A stretch of DNA of 64,000 nt from Rhodospirillaceae bacterium (GCA_018667335.1 JABIVD010000015.1:93211-157210), one strand, 5' to 3'; counted from the stretch's first letter, positions 10,113 to 19,376 are shown. A program made the numbers and translations. The notes: generated from the letters alone by a model not told the origin.

Positions 10113-10862
10113 ATGAAGATCGAACGCACGCAGACCGGCCGCACAAACGCGGCAAAACCGGTTCGCGCCCCTGAGCAGGCGGCGCAGGCCGCGCAGGCCT
10201 ATGGCGTCGCGGGCGCCGAACACGCGGATGCGCCGCGGCCGGCGGGCGACGTTGCGACGATCGCCGGACTGACCGAAGCGGACCTCACGCCGAAGGTGCG
10301 CCAGGCCCTCGACCTGCTGATGACCGAAGTCCAGCGGATGCGCGAGGAGCTCAGCCAGGCGCGGCACCGTATCAACTATCTCGAGAAGCTGGCGGACGAA
10401 GACACATTGGTGCCGGTGGCGAACCGCCGCGCGTTTGTACGCGAGATGAGCCGCATGGTGGCGTATGCCGAGCGTTACGGGTCTGGCTCGAGCGTTCTCT
10501 ACTTCGATATCAACGGGTTTAAGGAAATCAACGATCAGCATGGTCATGCCGCCGGCGATGCCGCCTTGCGGCAGATCGCCGAACTCCTGGCCGAGAATGT
10601 TCGTGAATCCGATATCGTCGGTCGCCTCGGCGGCGATGAGTTCGGCGTGATCCTGGCTCAGGCAACGGCCGAGGTCGCGGCGGAGAAGGCGTCGTCCCTG
10701 GCGGCATTGATCGCCACCACGCCGTTGGATTGGGAAGGCACCGCGATCACATTGTCGGTGTCCTATGGCGTGTATTCGTTCTCCGGAACCGAGGACGCCG
10801 GCGAGGCGCTGCAGCGCGCCGATCAGGCGATGTACGCGCAGAAGCAAAACCGCGCCCCCTAA
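10113..10862 (+). CDS. Diguanylate cyclase (GGDEF) with N-terminal coiled coil
   Basis: FDINGFKEINDQHGHAAGD, RESD I-site, RLGGDEF, ADQAMYAQK. Confidence 0.92.
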   Translation: MKIERTQTGRTNAAKPVRAPEQAAQAAQAYGVAGAEHADAPRPAGDVATIAGLTEADLTPKVRQALDLLMTEVQRMREELSQARHRINYLEKLADEDTLVPVANRRAFVREMSRMVAYAERYGSGSSVLYFDINGFKEINDQHGHAAGDAALRQIAELLAENVRESDIVGRLGGDEFGVILAQATAEVAAEKASSLAALIATTPLDWEGTAITLSVSYGVYSFSGTEDAGEALQRADQAMYAQKQNRAP

Positions 10863-10887
10863 GGCTTGGGCGGCGATTGATCGCCGC

Positions 10888-11103
10888 TCAGGCGATGATG
10901 TCGGGCAGCAGCTCGCTTTCGATGTTCTGAATTTCATCCTTCAGACCGAGCTTTCGCTTTTTCAGCCGCTGGACCTGCAGCTGGTCGAACGGCTGTTCGT
11001 CCGTGATGCGCGCAATAACATCATCGAGATCACGATGTTCGGTTAGCAGTTCGCTCAGCCGATGCCGCAGAGATTCCTGATCCGAAGTGATGTCGTCCGA
11101 CAA
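10888..11103 (-). CDS. DUF465/YdcH family protein
   Basis: EHRDLDDVI..DQLQVQRLKKRKLGLKDEI..LPDIIA. TTG start at 11103 inferred. Confidence 0.85.
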   Translation of the reverse strand: MSDDITSDQESLRHRLSELLTEHRDLDDVIARITDEQPFDQLQVQRLKKRKLGLKDEIQNIESELLPDIIA

Positions 11104-11278
11104 TTTAGGCGTCCGGTCTTGGGGCTGGCGAGGTGTCCGAAGCGCAGTATAGCAGCGCTTGGCCCGGTGGTGCTGCATCATCACTTTCCAAGCTGCGGTG
11201 AATCAGCCTAGCATTCAGGTGTCAGTTTTCTGACGTTTTAGCTTCGAGACTTAGCTTTTAGACAGGGAGATATGTCAC

Positions 11279-11446
11279 GTGCCGATGGAAGCCAGGATTG
11301 AGAATCTCAAGCGCAAGCATGCCAATCTTGATCAGGAAATCGGAGGTGAGGCGCAGCGTCCCATTCCCGATCAGGCCTCGATTTCCGAGTTGAAGAAAGA
11401 AAAACTCAAACTGAAAGATGCCATCACGAGCCTGGAGGAAGCCTGA
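11279..11446 (+). CDS. DUF465/YdcH family protein (55 aa, absent from the ORF track)
   Basis: GGGAGA SD then GTG. Translates to VPMEARIENLKRKHANLDQEIGGEAQRPIPDQASISELKKEKLKLKDAITSLEEA. Confidence 0.85.
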   Translation: MPMEARIENLKRKHANLDQEIGGEAQRPIPDQASISELKKEKLKLKDAITSLEEA

Positions 11447-11480
11447 CCCGGTTCCGGTCTCGATGGGATGATTAGAAATG

Positions 11481-11510
11481 AAAAGGCGGCTCGAGAGAGC
11501 CGCCTTTGTT
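11481..11510. terminator. Bidirectional intrinsic terminator
   Basis: AAAGGCGGCTC-GAGA-GAGCCGCCTTT between convergent genes. Confidence 0.8.
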
Positions 11511-11531
11511 GTTCGTGGCTCAGGCCGCGGC

Positions 11532-13169
11532 TTACGCGGTCGCACTCGCGAGTTCGTTTGCCTGATCGCGCAGCTTGAACTTCTGAATTTTGCCGGTCGA
11601 CGTCTTGGGCAACGGTCCGAACACCACATATCGCGGGCATTTGAAGCCGGCGAGATTGTCCCGGCAATGCTGGAGAATGTCTTCTTCCGTTGCCTCGACG
11701 CCGGGCTTTAGTTCGATGAACGCGCAGGGCGTTTCACCCCATTTCTCGTCGGGCCGGGCGACAACCCCCACGGCCGCGACCGCCGCGTGCCTGTAGAGGG
11801 CATCCTCGACTTCGATGGATGAGATGTTCTCTCCGCCGGAGATGATGATGTCTTTCGAGCGGTCCTTGAGTTCGACGTAGCCGTCGGGATGCCACACCCC
11901 GAGGTCGCCCGTGTGGAACCAGCCGCCGGCAAAGGCCTCGTCGGTAGCCTTCGGGTTCTTCAGATAGCCCTTCATCGTCACGTTGCCACGGGTGAACACC
12001 TCGCCCATGGTCTCGCCATCCTGCGGGACCGGGACCATGGTCTCCGCATCGGCGACCATCATGTCTTCCAGAACCTCATAGGGCACGCCCTGGCGTGACT
12101 GCAATCGGGCCCGCTCGTCGAGCGGCAGTGCATCCCATTCGTCCTGCCAGGCGCAGATGATGGCCGGGCCGTAAATCTCGGTCAGGCCATAGACGTGGGT
12201 GACGTTGATGCCTTCCTCGGACATCGCCGCGAGCACGGACGCCGGAGGTGGAGCCGCAGCGGTCATGAATTCGACCTGCTGTTCGAATGGGCGGCGATCT
12301 GCCTCCGTCGCATTGACGATCATCTGCATGACGATCGGTGCGCCGCACAGATGGGTGATGCCCTTGGTCGCGATCGCCTCATAGATGTTCGCGGCGTCCA
12401 CGTTGCGCAGGCACACATTGGTGCCGGCCACGGCGACGACGCCCCAGGTGAAGCACCAGCCGTTGCAGTGGAACATCGGCAAGGTCCACAGATAGACAGG
12501 GCCGCCGGTCGCTCCCCAGGTGAAGACGTTGCCGATCGCGTTGAGATAGGCGCCACGGTGATGGAACACCACGCCCTTGGGATTGCCCGTGGTGCCGGAG
12601 GTGTAGTTGAGCGCGACGGCGTCCCACTCATCGGCGGGCAGGGACCATTCGAATTCGGCATCGCCCGTCGCGATGAATGCCTCATAGTCCATCTCGCCCA
12701 GCTTCTCGCCACCGGGACCTTCCGGATCATCAATGTCGATCACGATCGGGTCGACCTTGGCCAGAGTGAGCGCTTCCTTGATGACCGGTGCGAACTCGGT
12801 GTCGGTCAACAGCACCTTCGCTTCACCATGATCGAGGATGAAGGCGATGGCCTTGGCGTCGAGGCGATAGTTCAGTGCATTGATCACGCCGCCGGTCATG
12901 GGCACGCCGAAATGGGATTCGAGCATTGGAGGTGTATTGGGCGACATGATGGCCACGCAATCGCCGACGCCTATGCCGCGCTGGCTGAGTGCGGAGGCGA
13001 GCCGTCGGCAGCGCGCATAGAATTCCGCATAGGTGAAGCTCGTGTCGCCATGCACCACTGCCGCCCGGCTCGGGTACACCTTTGCCGTGCGACGTATGAA
13101 GCTGAGCGGCGACAGCGATGTAAAGTTCGCTGCGTTCTTATCCAGGTCGGTTTCGAAATGATTGGCCAT
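11532..13169 (-). CDS. Acyl-CoA synthetase (AMP-binding)
   Basis: NYTSGTTGNPKG, YGLTE, FHTGDL, DRSKDIIISGGEN, PKTSTGKIQK. Confidence 0.93.
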   Translation of the reverse strand: MANHFETDLDKNAANFTSLSPLSFIRRTAKVYPSRAAVVHGDTSFTYAEFYARCRRLASALSQRGIGVGDCVAIMSPNTPPMLESHFGVPMTGGVINALNYRLDAKAIAFILDHGEAKVLLTDTEFAPVIKEALTLAKVDPIVIDIDDPEGPGGEKLGEMDYEAFIATGDAEFEWSLPADEWDAVALNYTSGTTGNPKGVVFHHRGAYLNAIGNVFTWGATGGPVYLWTLPMFHCNGWCFTWGVVAVAGTNVCLRNVDAANIYEAIATKGITHLCGAPIVMQMIVNATEADRRPFEQQVEFMTAAAPPPASVLAAMSEEGINVTHVYGLTEIYGPAIICAWQDEWDALPLDERARLQSRQGVPYEVLEDMMVADAETMVPVPQDGETMGEVFTRGNVTMKGYLKNPKATDEAFAGGWFHTGDLGVWHPDGYVELKDRSKDIIISGGENISSIEVEDALYRHAAVAAVGVVARPDEKWGETPCAFIELKPGVEATEEDILQHCRDNLAGFKCPRYVVFGPLPKTSTGKIQKFKLRDQANELASATA

Positions 13170-13198
13170 GCTTTCCTCCCGGCGTCCGTTGACCGGCG

Positions 13199-13238
13199 CT
13201 AATTCTTGAACCTAATTCTTGAACCCTAATTCTTGAAC
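13199..13238. repeat. 13-bp tandem triplication containing the DUF1192 stop codon
   Basis: ctaattcttgaac at 13199, 13212 and 13226. Confidence 0.95.
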
Positions 13239-13423
13239 AGGGCGTCGGCGTCGCCACGCAATGATTCCCGGCTCGCTATTTCGGCCTCGGCGCGCACGAT
13301 CTCCTGCTTTGCATGCTCGATATAGGCTTTCAGTTCCTCAATCGATAGAGAATCGATCTTGATTTCGCCGATGTTCGTCCGGTGACCCTGAAATGTCGGT
13401 TCCAAATCGTCTTCCGAGCTCAT
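13226..13423 (-). CDS. DUF1192 family protein
   Basis: LSIEELKAYI..EIVRAEAEI..ADALFK, with GGGGAGAGG SD. Confidence 0.85.
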   Translation of the reverse strand: MSSEDDLEPTFQGHRTNIGEIKIDSLSIEELKAYIEHAKQEIVRAEAEIASRESLRGDADALFKN

Positions 13424-13544
13424 GTTCCTCTCCCCGCCAATACCTACTGTTTGCTTTGTGGCTTGTCGTTGTGCATCAAGTTTGACGCGACTAGATTGCG
13501 CCCGCAACCATCACAATGATTGAGACCCGAAGCGGAGGCTGACC

Positions 13545-14558
13545 ATGGTGTTGCCGGAAAACATGCGTGCGATTGAAATCTCCGAGCCCGGTGCACCCGA
13601 GGTTCTGAAGCCGACCGAGCGCCCAACGCCGGTGCCGGGTGACGGCGAGGTGCTGATTCGCGTCGCGGCGGCGGGGGTGAACCGACCCGACGTGGCCCAG
13701 CGCAAGGGGCTCTATCCCGCCCCGCCGGGAGCATCGGACCTGCCGGGTCTGGAAGTGTCGGGAGAAATCGTCGCGACCGGGTCCGGTGTGAATAGCTGGG
13801 CGGTTGGCGACCGTGTCTGCGCGCTGGTCTCCGGCGGCGGCTATGCGGAATATGTGGCCGTCCCCGGATCGCAGACCCTGCCGGTGCCCGAAGGCCTCGA
13901 CATGGTCCAGGCCGCCGGCGTGCCCGAGACATTTTTCACCGTCTGGACGAATGTTTTCGATCGTGCCCGGTTCGTTGCCGGCGAGAGCTTTCTGGTGCAT
14001 GGGGGTTCCAGCGGCATCGGCACGACGGCGATCCAGCTGTGCAAGGCGTTCGGCGCCGAAGCGATTTACACAACCGTCGGCAGCGCGGAGAAGGCGGCTT
14101 TCTGCGAGAAACTTGGCGCGACGAAGGCCATTAATTACAAAACTGAGGCCTTTGAAGAAGAGATCGCGACGCTCACCGGTGGCCATAAGGGCGGGAAGGG
14201 GGTCGATGTGATCCTCGACATGGTGGGTGGCGACTACACGCCGCGGAACATCGCCTCTCTGCGGCCAGACGGGCGGATTGTTCAGATCGCCTTGATGGGC
14301 GGTGCCAAGGTGGAGATCAATCTCGCGAAAATAATGATGAACAGACTGACTCTGACCGGTTCAACCCTGCGGCCGCAATCGGTGGCAGTGAAGGCCGACA
14401 TCGCGACGTCACTGCGCGAGAAGGTCTGGCCGAAGTTTGCGGCGGGCGAACTCGCACCGGTGATCCACGCGACATTTCCGCTCGATGCCGCGCCCGCGGC
14501 CCATGAATTGATGGAAACGAGCACCCATATCGGCAAGATCATCCTCGAAATGTCATAG
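13545..14558 (+). CDS. NAD(P)H-quinone oxidoreductase (PIG3/MDR family)
   Basis: AAGVNRPD, PGLEVSG, HGGSSGIGT, GSTLRP, HIGKIIL. Confidence 0.92.
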   Translation: MVLPENMRAIEISEPGAPEVLKPTERPTPVPGDGEVLIRVAAAGVNRPDVAQRKGLYPAPPGASDLPGLEVSGEIVATGSGVNSWAVGDRVCALVSGGGYAEYVAVPGSQTLPVPEGLDMVQAAGVPETFFTVWTNVFDRARFVAGESFLVHGGSSGIGTTAIQLCKAFGAEAIYTTVGSAEKAAFCEKLGATKAINYKTEAFEEEIATLTGGHKGGKGVDVILDMVGGDYTPRNIASLRPDGRIVQIALMGGAKVEINLAKIMMNRLTLTGSTLRPQSVAVKADIATSLREKVWPKFAAGELAPVIHATFPLDAAPAAHELMETSTHIGKIILEMS

Positions 14559-14685
14559 ACCCATTGGGCGGTGTGCTTTGCTTTTCGGTGGAGCGCCGCA
14601 TATATAGTGGCGCAACCCCCTCAGGGATGACGAATTGGGCCGTATCGGCCGCGCGCGGCGCGGGCGACCGGCGAAAGGAGAATTC

Positions 14686-15339
14686 ATGGCACCTCCGTTG
14701 ATGCCGAAGGCCACGGCGGTTTGGCTCGTGGAAAATACATCGCTGTCGTTCGCGCAGATCGCAGACTTCACCGGTATGCACCAGCTCGAGATTCAAGGCA
14801 TTGCCGACGGTGAAGTCGGGGTCGGAATGCGTGGACTCGATCCCATGACGAATGGTCAGCTCGAATGGTCTGAGATCGAACGCTGTCAGGCCGATCCGGC
14901 GGCGCGCTTGGCACTTCAGGAATCGGACAATCCGGCGCCGGTCAAACGAACCAAGGGGCCGCGCTACGTTCCTGTGTCGAAGCGTCAGGACAAGCCCGAC
15001 GGTATTGCTTATCTGGTTCGTTACTATCCGGAGCTTAGCGACGCTCAGATCGGCAAGCTGATTGGGACCACCAAGCCTACGATCACCGCCATTCGGGACC
15101 GGACCCACTGGAACTCTTCACAGATCCAGCCCCGTGACCCGGTAACAATCGGGCTGTGCCGTCAGGTCGACCTTGATGAGGCGATCGAGAAGGGCCGCAA
15201 GGCAGGGCGCCAGCCGGCTGCTGACGATCGTCGCCCGATCAGCGCGGATTTGATCCCTGAAGAAGAGCCGACGCAGAGCCGAATACCCGACTGGATGGCC
15301 GATGTGCGTATCGGCGGGAACAATCAGGGTGACAACTAA
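14686..15339 (+). CDS. trcR: DUF1013 protein, TrcR-like RNA polymerase-associated cell-cycle factor
   Basis: PLMPKATAVWLVENT, RQDKPDGI, IGTTKPTI..IRDRTHWN, with AAGGAG SD. Confidence 0.88.
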   Translation: MAPPLMPKATAVWLVENTSLSFAQIADFTGMHQLEIQGIADGEVGVGMRGLDPMTNGQLEWSEIERCQADPAARLALQESDNPAPVKRTKGPRYVPVSKRQDKPDGIAYLVRYYPELSDAQIGKLIGTTKPTITAIRDRTHWNSSQIQPRDPVTIGLCRQVDLDEAIEKGRKAGRQPAADDRRPISADLIPEEEPTQSRIPDWMADVRIGGNNQGDN

Positions 15340-15363
15340 GTCTCTGTGATTTCAACGATTATG

Positions 15364-15397
15364 TGAAAACGGGGTCCGATTTCGGGCCCCGTTTTCA
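15364..15397. terminator. Intrinsic terminator after trcR
   Basis: TGAAAACGGGGTCCG-ATTT-CGGGCCCCGTTTTCA hairpin. Confidence 0.8.
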
Positions 15398-15412
15398 TAT
15401 CCGTTGCACGCG

Positions 15413-15427
15413 TTAACCAAATTTTAG
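15413..15427 (+). promoter_or_regulatory. CtrA-like box
   Basis: TTAA-CCAAATT-TTAG, one mismatch to TTAA-N7-TTAA. Confidence 0.5.
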
Positions 15428-15445
15428 ACTTTGCCTGCGATATTG

Positions 15446-15558
15446 AGGGTGATGGCTCCTCCCATAGACCATCATTGGATCTTACCTAGATCCTCTTTTT
15501 TGCCTCCCTGTTTGACTTCTAGCCGCTTCGGAACCCCCTTCCGAGGCGGTTTTCTTTT
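15446..15558 (+). ncRNA. Candidate trans-acting sRNA with two CCUCCC anti-SD motifs
   Basis: Hairpin TGATGG-CTCCTCCCATAGA-CCATCA, hairpin GGATCT-TACCT-AGATCC, then TTGCCTCCCTG and a terminator GCCGCTTCGGAA-CCCCC-TTCCGAGGCGGT-TTTCTTTT. Confidence 0.7.
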
Positions 15559-15642
15559 GCCGATAAGGCCTATGCCGGTTCAAGCCCGTGTCTGGTTGGG
15601 ATAAGTTTCGCGACGAATTCCCATCGCTGCCGGACAAGCCCC

Positions 15643-16947
15643 ATGATCGATCCCAAGCATCTGAAGTTCGCGACCCTCAGCCTGCATGCGGGACAGCATC
15701 CCGACCCGGTGACCGGCGCCCGCGCGGCGCCGATATATCAATCGACCTCTTATGTGTTCCCGGATGTCGAGTATGCGGCGAGCCTTTTCAACCTGGAGCG
15801 CGCCGGGCACATCTACTCGCGGATATCCAACCCCACGGTTGCGGTGTTCGAGGAACGCATGGCAGCACTGGAAGGTGGTGTCGGTGCGATCGCGACGGCA
15901 AGTGGCCAGGCGGCCATGAGCCTCGCCGTGATGACCCTGATGGGGGCGGGCGGGCATATCGTCGCCTCGCGGAACATCTACGGCGGCACCCACAATCTGT
16001 TTGTACACACGCTGCCGCGTTTCGGGATCACGACGACGTTCGTCGACCCGCGTGACCCGGTCGCATTCAAGGCCGCCATTCGCGACGAAACGCGGGTGGT
16101 CTTCGCCGAGACGATCGGCAATCCGGGCCTCGAAGTTCTCGATATCTCAACGGTGGCAGAGGTGGCCCATGCCGCCGGCCTGCCGCTGCTGGTCGACGCC
16201 ACGTTCTCGACCCCGGCGCTGCTCCACCCGTTCGAGCATGGCGCAGACCTGATCATGCACTCGGCCACCAAATGGATCGGCGGACACGGGGTCGCGATTG
16301 GCGGCGTGTTGATCGACGGCGGCACTTTCGACTGGGAAGCCTCGGGTAAATTCCCGGGCATGACCGAGCCCTATGCCGGATATCACGGTCTCGATTTTGC
16401 CGAGGAATTCGGCCCGGCCGCCTTCATCATGCGCGCGCGCGCCGAGGGCTTGCGTGACTTCGGCGCCTGCATGGCACCGCAGACGGCCTTCTATCTCCTC
16501 CAGGGGCTCGAAACCCTGCCGATACGCATGGCGCGGCATGTGGCCAACGCGCAGACCGTCGCAGAATTCCTCGAAGGTGCCGGCGAGGTCGCGTGGGTCA
16601 CCTATCCTGGGCTGGAGAGCCATTCTGACCACGCGCTCGCGCAGAAACTTCTTCCGGACGGGGCGGGCGCCGTCGTTACCTTCGGCGTCAAATCCGGGAC
16701 CGAGGGTCCGCGGCGCGCGGGCGCCAAGTTTATCGAGGCGCTGGAGCTGTTTTCACATCTGGCGAATGTGGGTGACGCGAAGTCGCTGGTGATCCATCCG
16801 GCCAGCACGACCCATCAACAAATGGGGCCTGAGGATCTGGCGGCCGCGGGCGTGGGCGAGGAAATGGTCCGGCTCGCAGTCGGGCTCGAGGACCCGGGCG
16901 ATATTGTTGCGGATCTGAAGCAGGCGCTGCGCGCCTCGCAGAAATAG
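15643..16947 (+). CDS. metY: O-acetylhomoserine aminocarboxypropyltransferase
   Basis: PIYQSTSY, YSRISNPT, HSATKWIGGHG (PLP Lys), ANVGDAKSLVIHPASTTH. Confidence 0.9.
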   Translation: MIDPKHLKFATLSLHAGQHPDPVTGARAAPIYQSTSYVFPDVEYAASLFNLERAGHIYSRISNPTVAVFEERMAALEGGVGAIATASGQAAMSLAVMTLMGAGGHIVASRNIYGGTHNLFVHTLPRFGITTTFVDPRDPVAFKAAIRDETRVVFAETIGNPGLEVLDISTVAEVAHAAGLPLLVDATFSTPALLHPFEHGADLIMHSATKWIGGHGVAIGGVLIDGGTFDWEASGKFPGMTEPYAGYHGLDFAEEFGPAAFIMRARAEGLRDFGACMAPQTAFYLLQGLETLPIRMARHVANAQTVAEFLEGAGEVAWVTYPGLESHSDHALAQKLLPDGAGAVVTFGVKSGTEGPRRAGAKFIEALELFSHLANVGDAKSLVIHPASTTHQQMGPEDLAAAGVGEEMVRLAVGLEDPGDIVADLKQALRASQK

Positions 16948-16957
16948 GAGCGCCGCT

Positions 16958-17758
16958 ATGGAGATGAATGTCGACGGCCAGATTGTCTTCGTGCACACGG
17001 GTGGTCGCCCGTTCGATCCCGATCGGCCGACCCTCGTGCTTGTTCATGGCGGAGGGAATGATCACAGCGCCTGGGGTCTGCAGACGCGATATTTCGCCCA
17101 TCACGGCTACAACGTGCTGGTACCCGATCTGCCGGGTCATGGGCGCTCAGGCGGTACGACACCGACCGCGATCGATGCGTTCGCCGAATGGCTGTGGCGT
17201 TTCGTTGATGCCGCAGGCGTCGAGGCAGTTCATCTTGCCGGACATTCGATGGGATCACTCATCGCACTGGCCGCCGCCGCTCAGGCACCCGCACGCACAT
17301 CGTCACTGATCCTTATCGGCCCGTCGGATCATATGCAGGTCCATCCCGACCTTCTGACCACGGCGGCGGCCAATGATCCGGTGGCGTGGGAGATGATCAC
17401 GGACTGGGGCTTCGGCAAGCAGGCCCACAAGGGTGGGCACCAGGCGCCGGGACTATGGCTGAGGGGCGGCGGACGTGCGCTCCTGGCATCGTGCCCTACG
17501 GACGTGCTCGGCAGCGATCTGGCGGCGTGCAACGACTGGACCGGCGCTCTGGATGCGGCGGCGAATATCACCTGCCCGACTTTGTTTCTGATGGGCACGG
17601 GCGATCGCATGACGCCCGTCGGCGCCTCCAAGGGACTACGTGCGGCGATTCCCGATGCGCGAAGCGAAATTCTGCCCGATACGGGTCACATGGTCATGGT
17701 CGAGCGGCCAAACGAGACGATCGATATTATTTCAGGTTTTTTGGGTGACATTCGATGA
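16958..17758 (+). CDS. Alpha/beta-fold hydrolase
   Basis: LVHG, DLPGHGRS, GHSMG nucleophile elbow, D and GH catalytic positions. Confidence 0.9.
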   Translation: MEMNVDGQIVFVHTGGRPFDPDRPTLVLVHGGGNDHSAWGLQTRYFAHHGYNVLVPDLPGHGRSGGTTPTAIDAFAEWLWRFVDAAGVEAVHLAGHSMGSLIALAAAAQAPARTSSLILIGPSDHMQVHPDLLTTAAANDPVAWEMITDWGFGKQAHKGGHQAPGLWLRGGGRALLASCPTDVLGSDLAACNDWTGALDAAANITCPTLFLMGTGDRMTPVGASKGLRAAIPDARSEILPDTGHMVMVERPNETIDIISGFLGDIR

Positions 17759-18204
17759 GCGACAAGCAGACGGAACGCGATGAACAGCGCGGCAACTACC
17801 CGCATTTTCTGCAGATTCCGACCCGATGGATGGACAATGACGTCTACGGTCACGTCAACAACGTGACCTACTATTCCTACTTCGATACGGCGGTGAACGA
17901 GTTCCTGATGCGCTTCACCGGGCTCGATTATCGCAAGAGCGAGCCGGTGGGCATGGTCGTCGAAACCGGCTGTCGTTTTCACAGCGAGATCGCGTTTCCC
18001 GATGTCCTTGATGTGGGTGTACGGGTACGTCGTCTGGGGAACTCATCGGTCACCTACGAGATCGCGATCTTCAAGGATGGCGCCGAGACGCCCTCGGCGA
18101 CCGGCCATTTCGTGCATGTCTATGTGCGGCCAGGCGAGATGAAGCCGATCCCCGTGCCCGATCAGGTCCGCGCGGGGCTGGCGACGCTTCTGGTCGACGC
18201 CTAA
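17755..18204 (+). CDS. Acyl-CoA thioesterase (4HBT/hotdog)
   Basis: TRWMDNDVYGHVNNVTYYSYFD. ATGA overlap with the upstream gene. Confidence 0.9.
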   Translation: MSDKQTERDEQRGNYPHFLQIPTRWMDNDVYGHVNNVTYYSYFDTAVNEFLMRFTGLDYRKSEPVGMVVETGCRFHSEIAFPDVLDVGVRVRRLGNSSVTYEIAIFKDGAETPSATGHFVHVYVRPGEMKPIPVPDQVRAGLATLLVDA

Positions 18205-18224
18205 GGCGTCTCCGGATTTTCGGT

Positions 18225-19376
18225 TTAGCGCCCGAACATGGGCATGCCCTCAAGCGCGGCGATGCGGGGCGTGTAGCTGTCGGGGTCATACATGTTTGCG
18301 ACATCGACCCGGCGCTTTCCCCGGGTCGAAATGTCGGCCGGTGCCGTGGTGTAGTGGCCGTCCTGTACCGCCATCATTAAACCGGTCCGGCCTTCTTCGA
18401 TGCAGCGCACGGCCATGGTCGCATAGTTGCGTGGCACCAGCTGATCCACCGCATCGGGTGCGCCGGCGCGCAGGAGGTAAGCCAGCGACTGGACCATCAC
18501 GCCAACTCCGGTTGCCTGCTTCAGATGTTCACCCACGGCGTATCCTATGCCGCCGAGTTTGCGGTGGCCGTAGGCGTCCGGGTCGCCGGATTCGAACACA
18601 TCCTGCCCCGAGACCTGTGCGCCTTCCGAGACCACGGCCACGGCATAGTTTGAGGGGTTGGCACGCCGGTCGTCGGTCAAAAGCTCTGTTACCCGGTTCA
18701 GGTCGAACGGCACTTCGGCTATCAGCGTCCGGTCGGCGCCGGCCAGATAGCCGGCCATCAAGGCCGTCTGCCCGCAGTTGCGCCCGAACAGCTCCACCAC
18801 CAGGAAACGTTCATGGCTGCCGACGGGCGTGCGCAGCCGGTCGATCAGTTCCACCGAGCGCGTAACGCAGGTCGAATAGCCGATACAATACTCGGTGCCG
18901 TACACGTCATTGTCCATCGTCTTGGGGATGCAGATGGTCGGCATGCCCTCGCCATGGATGCGTGCGGCATAGGACAGCGTGTCGTCGCCGCCGATGGCGA
19001 CCAGGACGTCGATCTCGAGCGATTCAAATACCGATAGAACATGGTCTGTGCAGTCCACGTTGGCGGTCCTGGAATTTTCCGCAGTCTGCAGAAATGCCGG
19101 CAGATCGTCCGGGCGCATCTTCGAGGGCTGGGTCCGTGACGTGTGCAGGATCGTGCCACCGGAACGGTCGATGGCGTGAACATCCGTGACCGACAATGGC
19201 ATGATAAACGCCTCGGAGCCCTTCGGGTCGGCGGGGTTGTAGTTGAGGGGCCCCGCCCAGCCACGGCGGAATCCGGTCACGCGCCAGCCACGTTGCGCGG
19301 CTTCGTTGACGACGGTCTTGATGGCGGGGTTCAGTCCCGGAACATCGCCGCCGCCGGTGAGAATCCCCAGATGCAT
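18225..19376 (-). CDS. 6-phosphofructokinase, probably PPi-dependent
   Basis: TGGGDVPGLN, GGTILHTSR, GGDDT, PKTMDND, ELFGR. Confidence 0.9.
   Translation of the reverse strand: MHLGILTGGGDVPGLNPAIKTVVNEAAQRGWRVTGFRRGWAGPLNYNPADPKGSEAFIMPLSVTDVHAIDRSGGTILHTSRTQPSKMRPDDLPAFLQTAENSRTANVDCTDHVLSVFESLEIDVLVAIGGDDTLSYAARIHGEGMPTICIPKTMDNDVYGTEYCIGYSTCVTRSVELIDRLRTPVGSHERFLVVELFGRNCGQTALMAGYLAGADRTLIAEVPFDLNRVTELLTDDRRANPSNYAVAVVSEGAQVSGQDVFESGDPDAYGHRKLGGIGYAVGEHLKQATGVGVMVQSLAYLLRAGAPDAVDQLVPRNYATMAVRCIEEGRTGLMMAVQDGHYTTAPADISTRGKRRVDVANMYDPDSYTPRIAALEGMPMFGR

Noticed and set aside
13199-13238. CRISPR-like short repeats (also 20440-20475 and 50967-50998)
   Set aside because: Units are 12-16 bp with no spacers and no cas genes.
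15560-15642. SAM riboswitch before metY, or cobalamin riboswitch before the MetE-like gene
   Set aside because: No recognisable SAM-II, SAM-SAH or B12-box elements, and the leaders are short.
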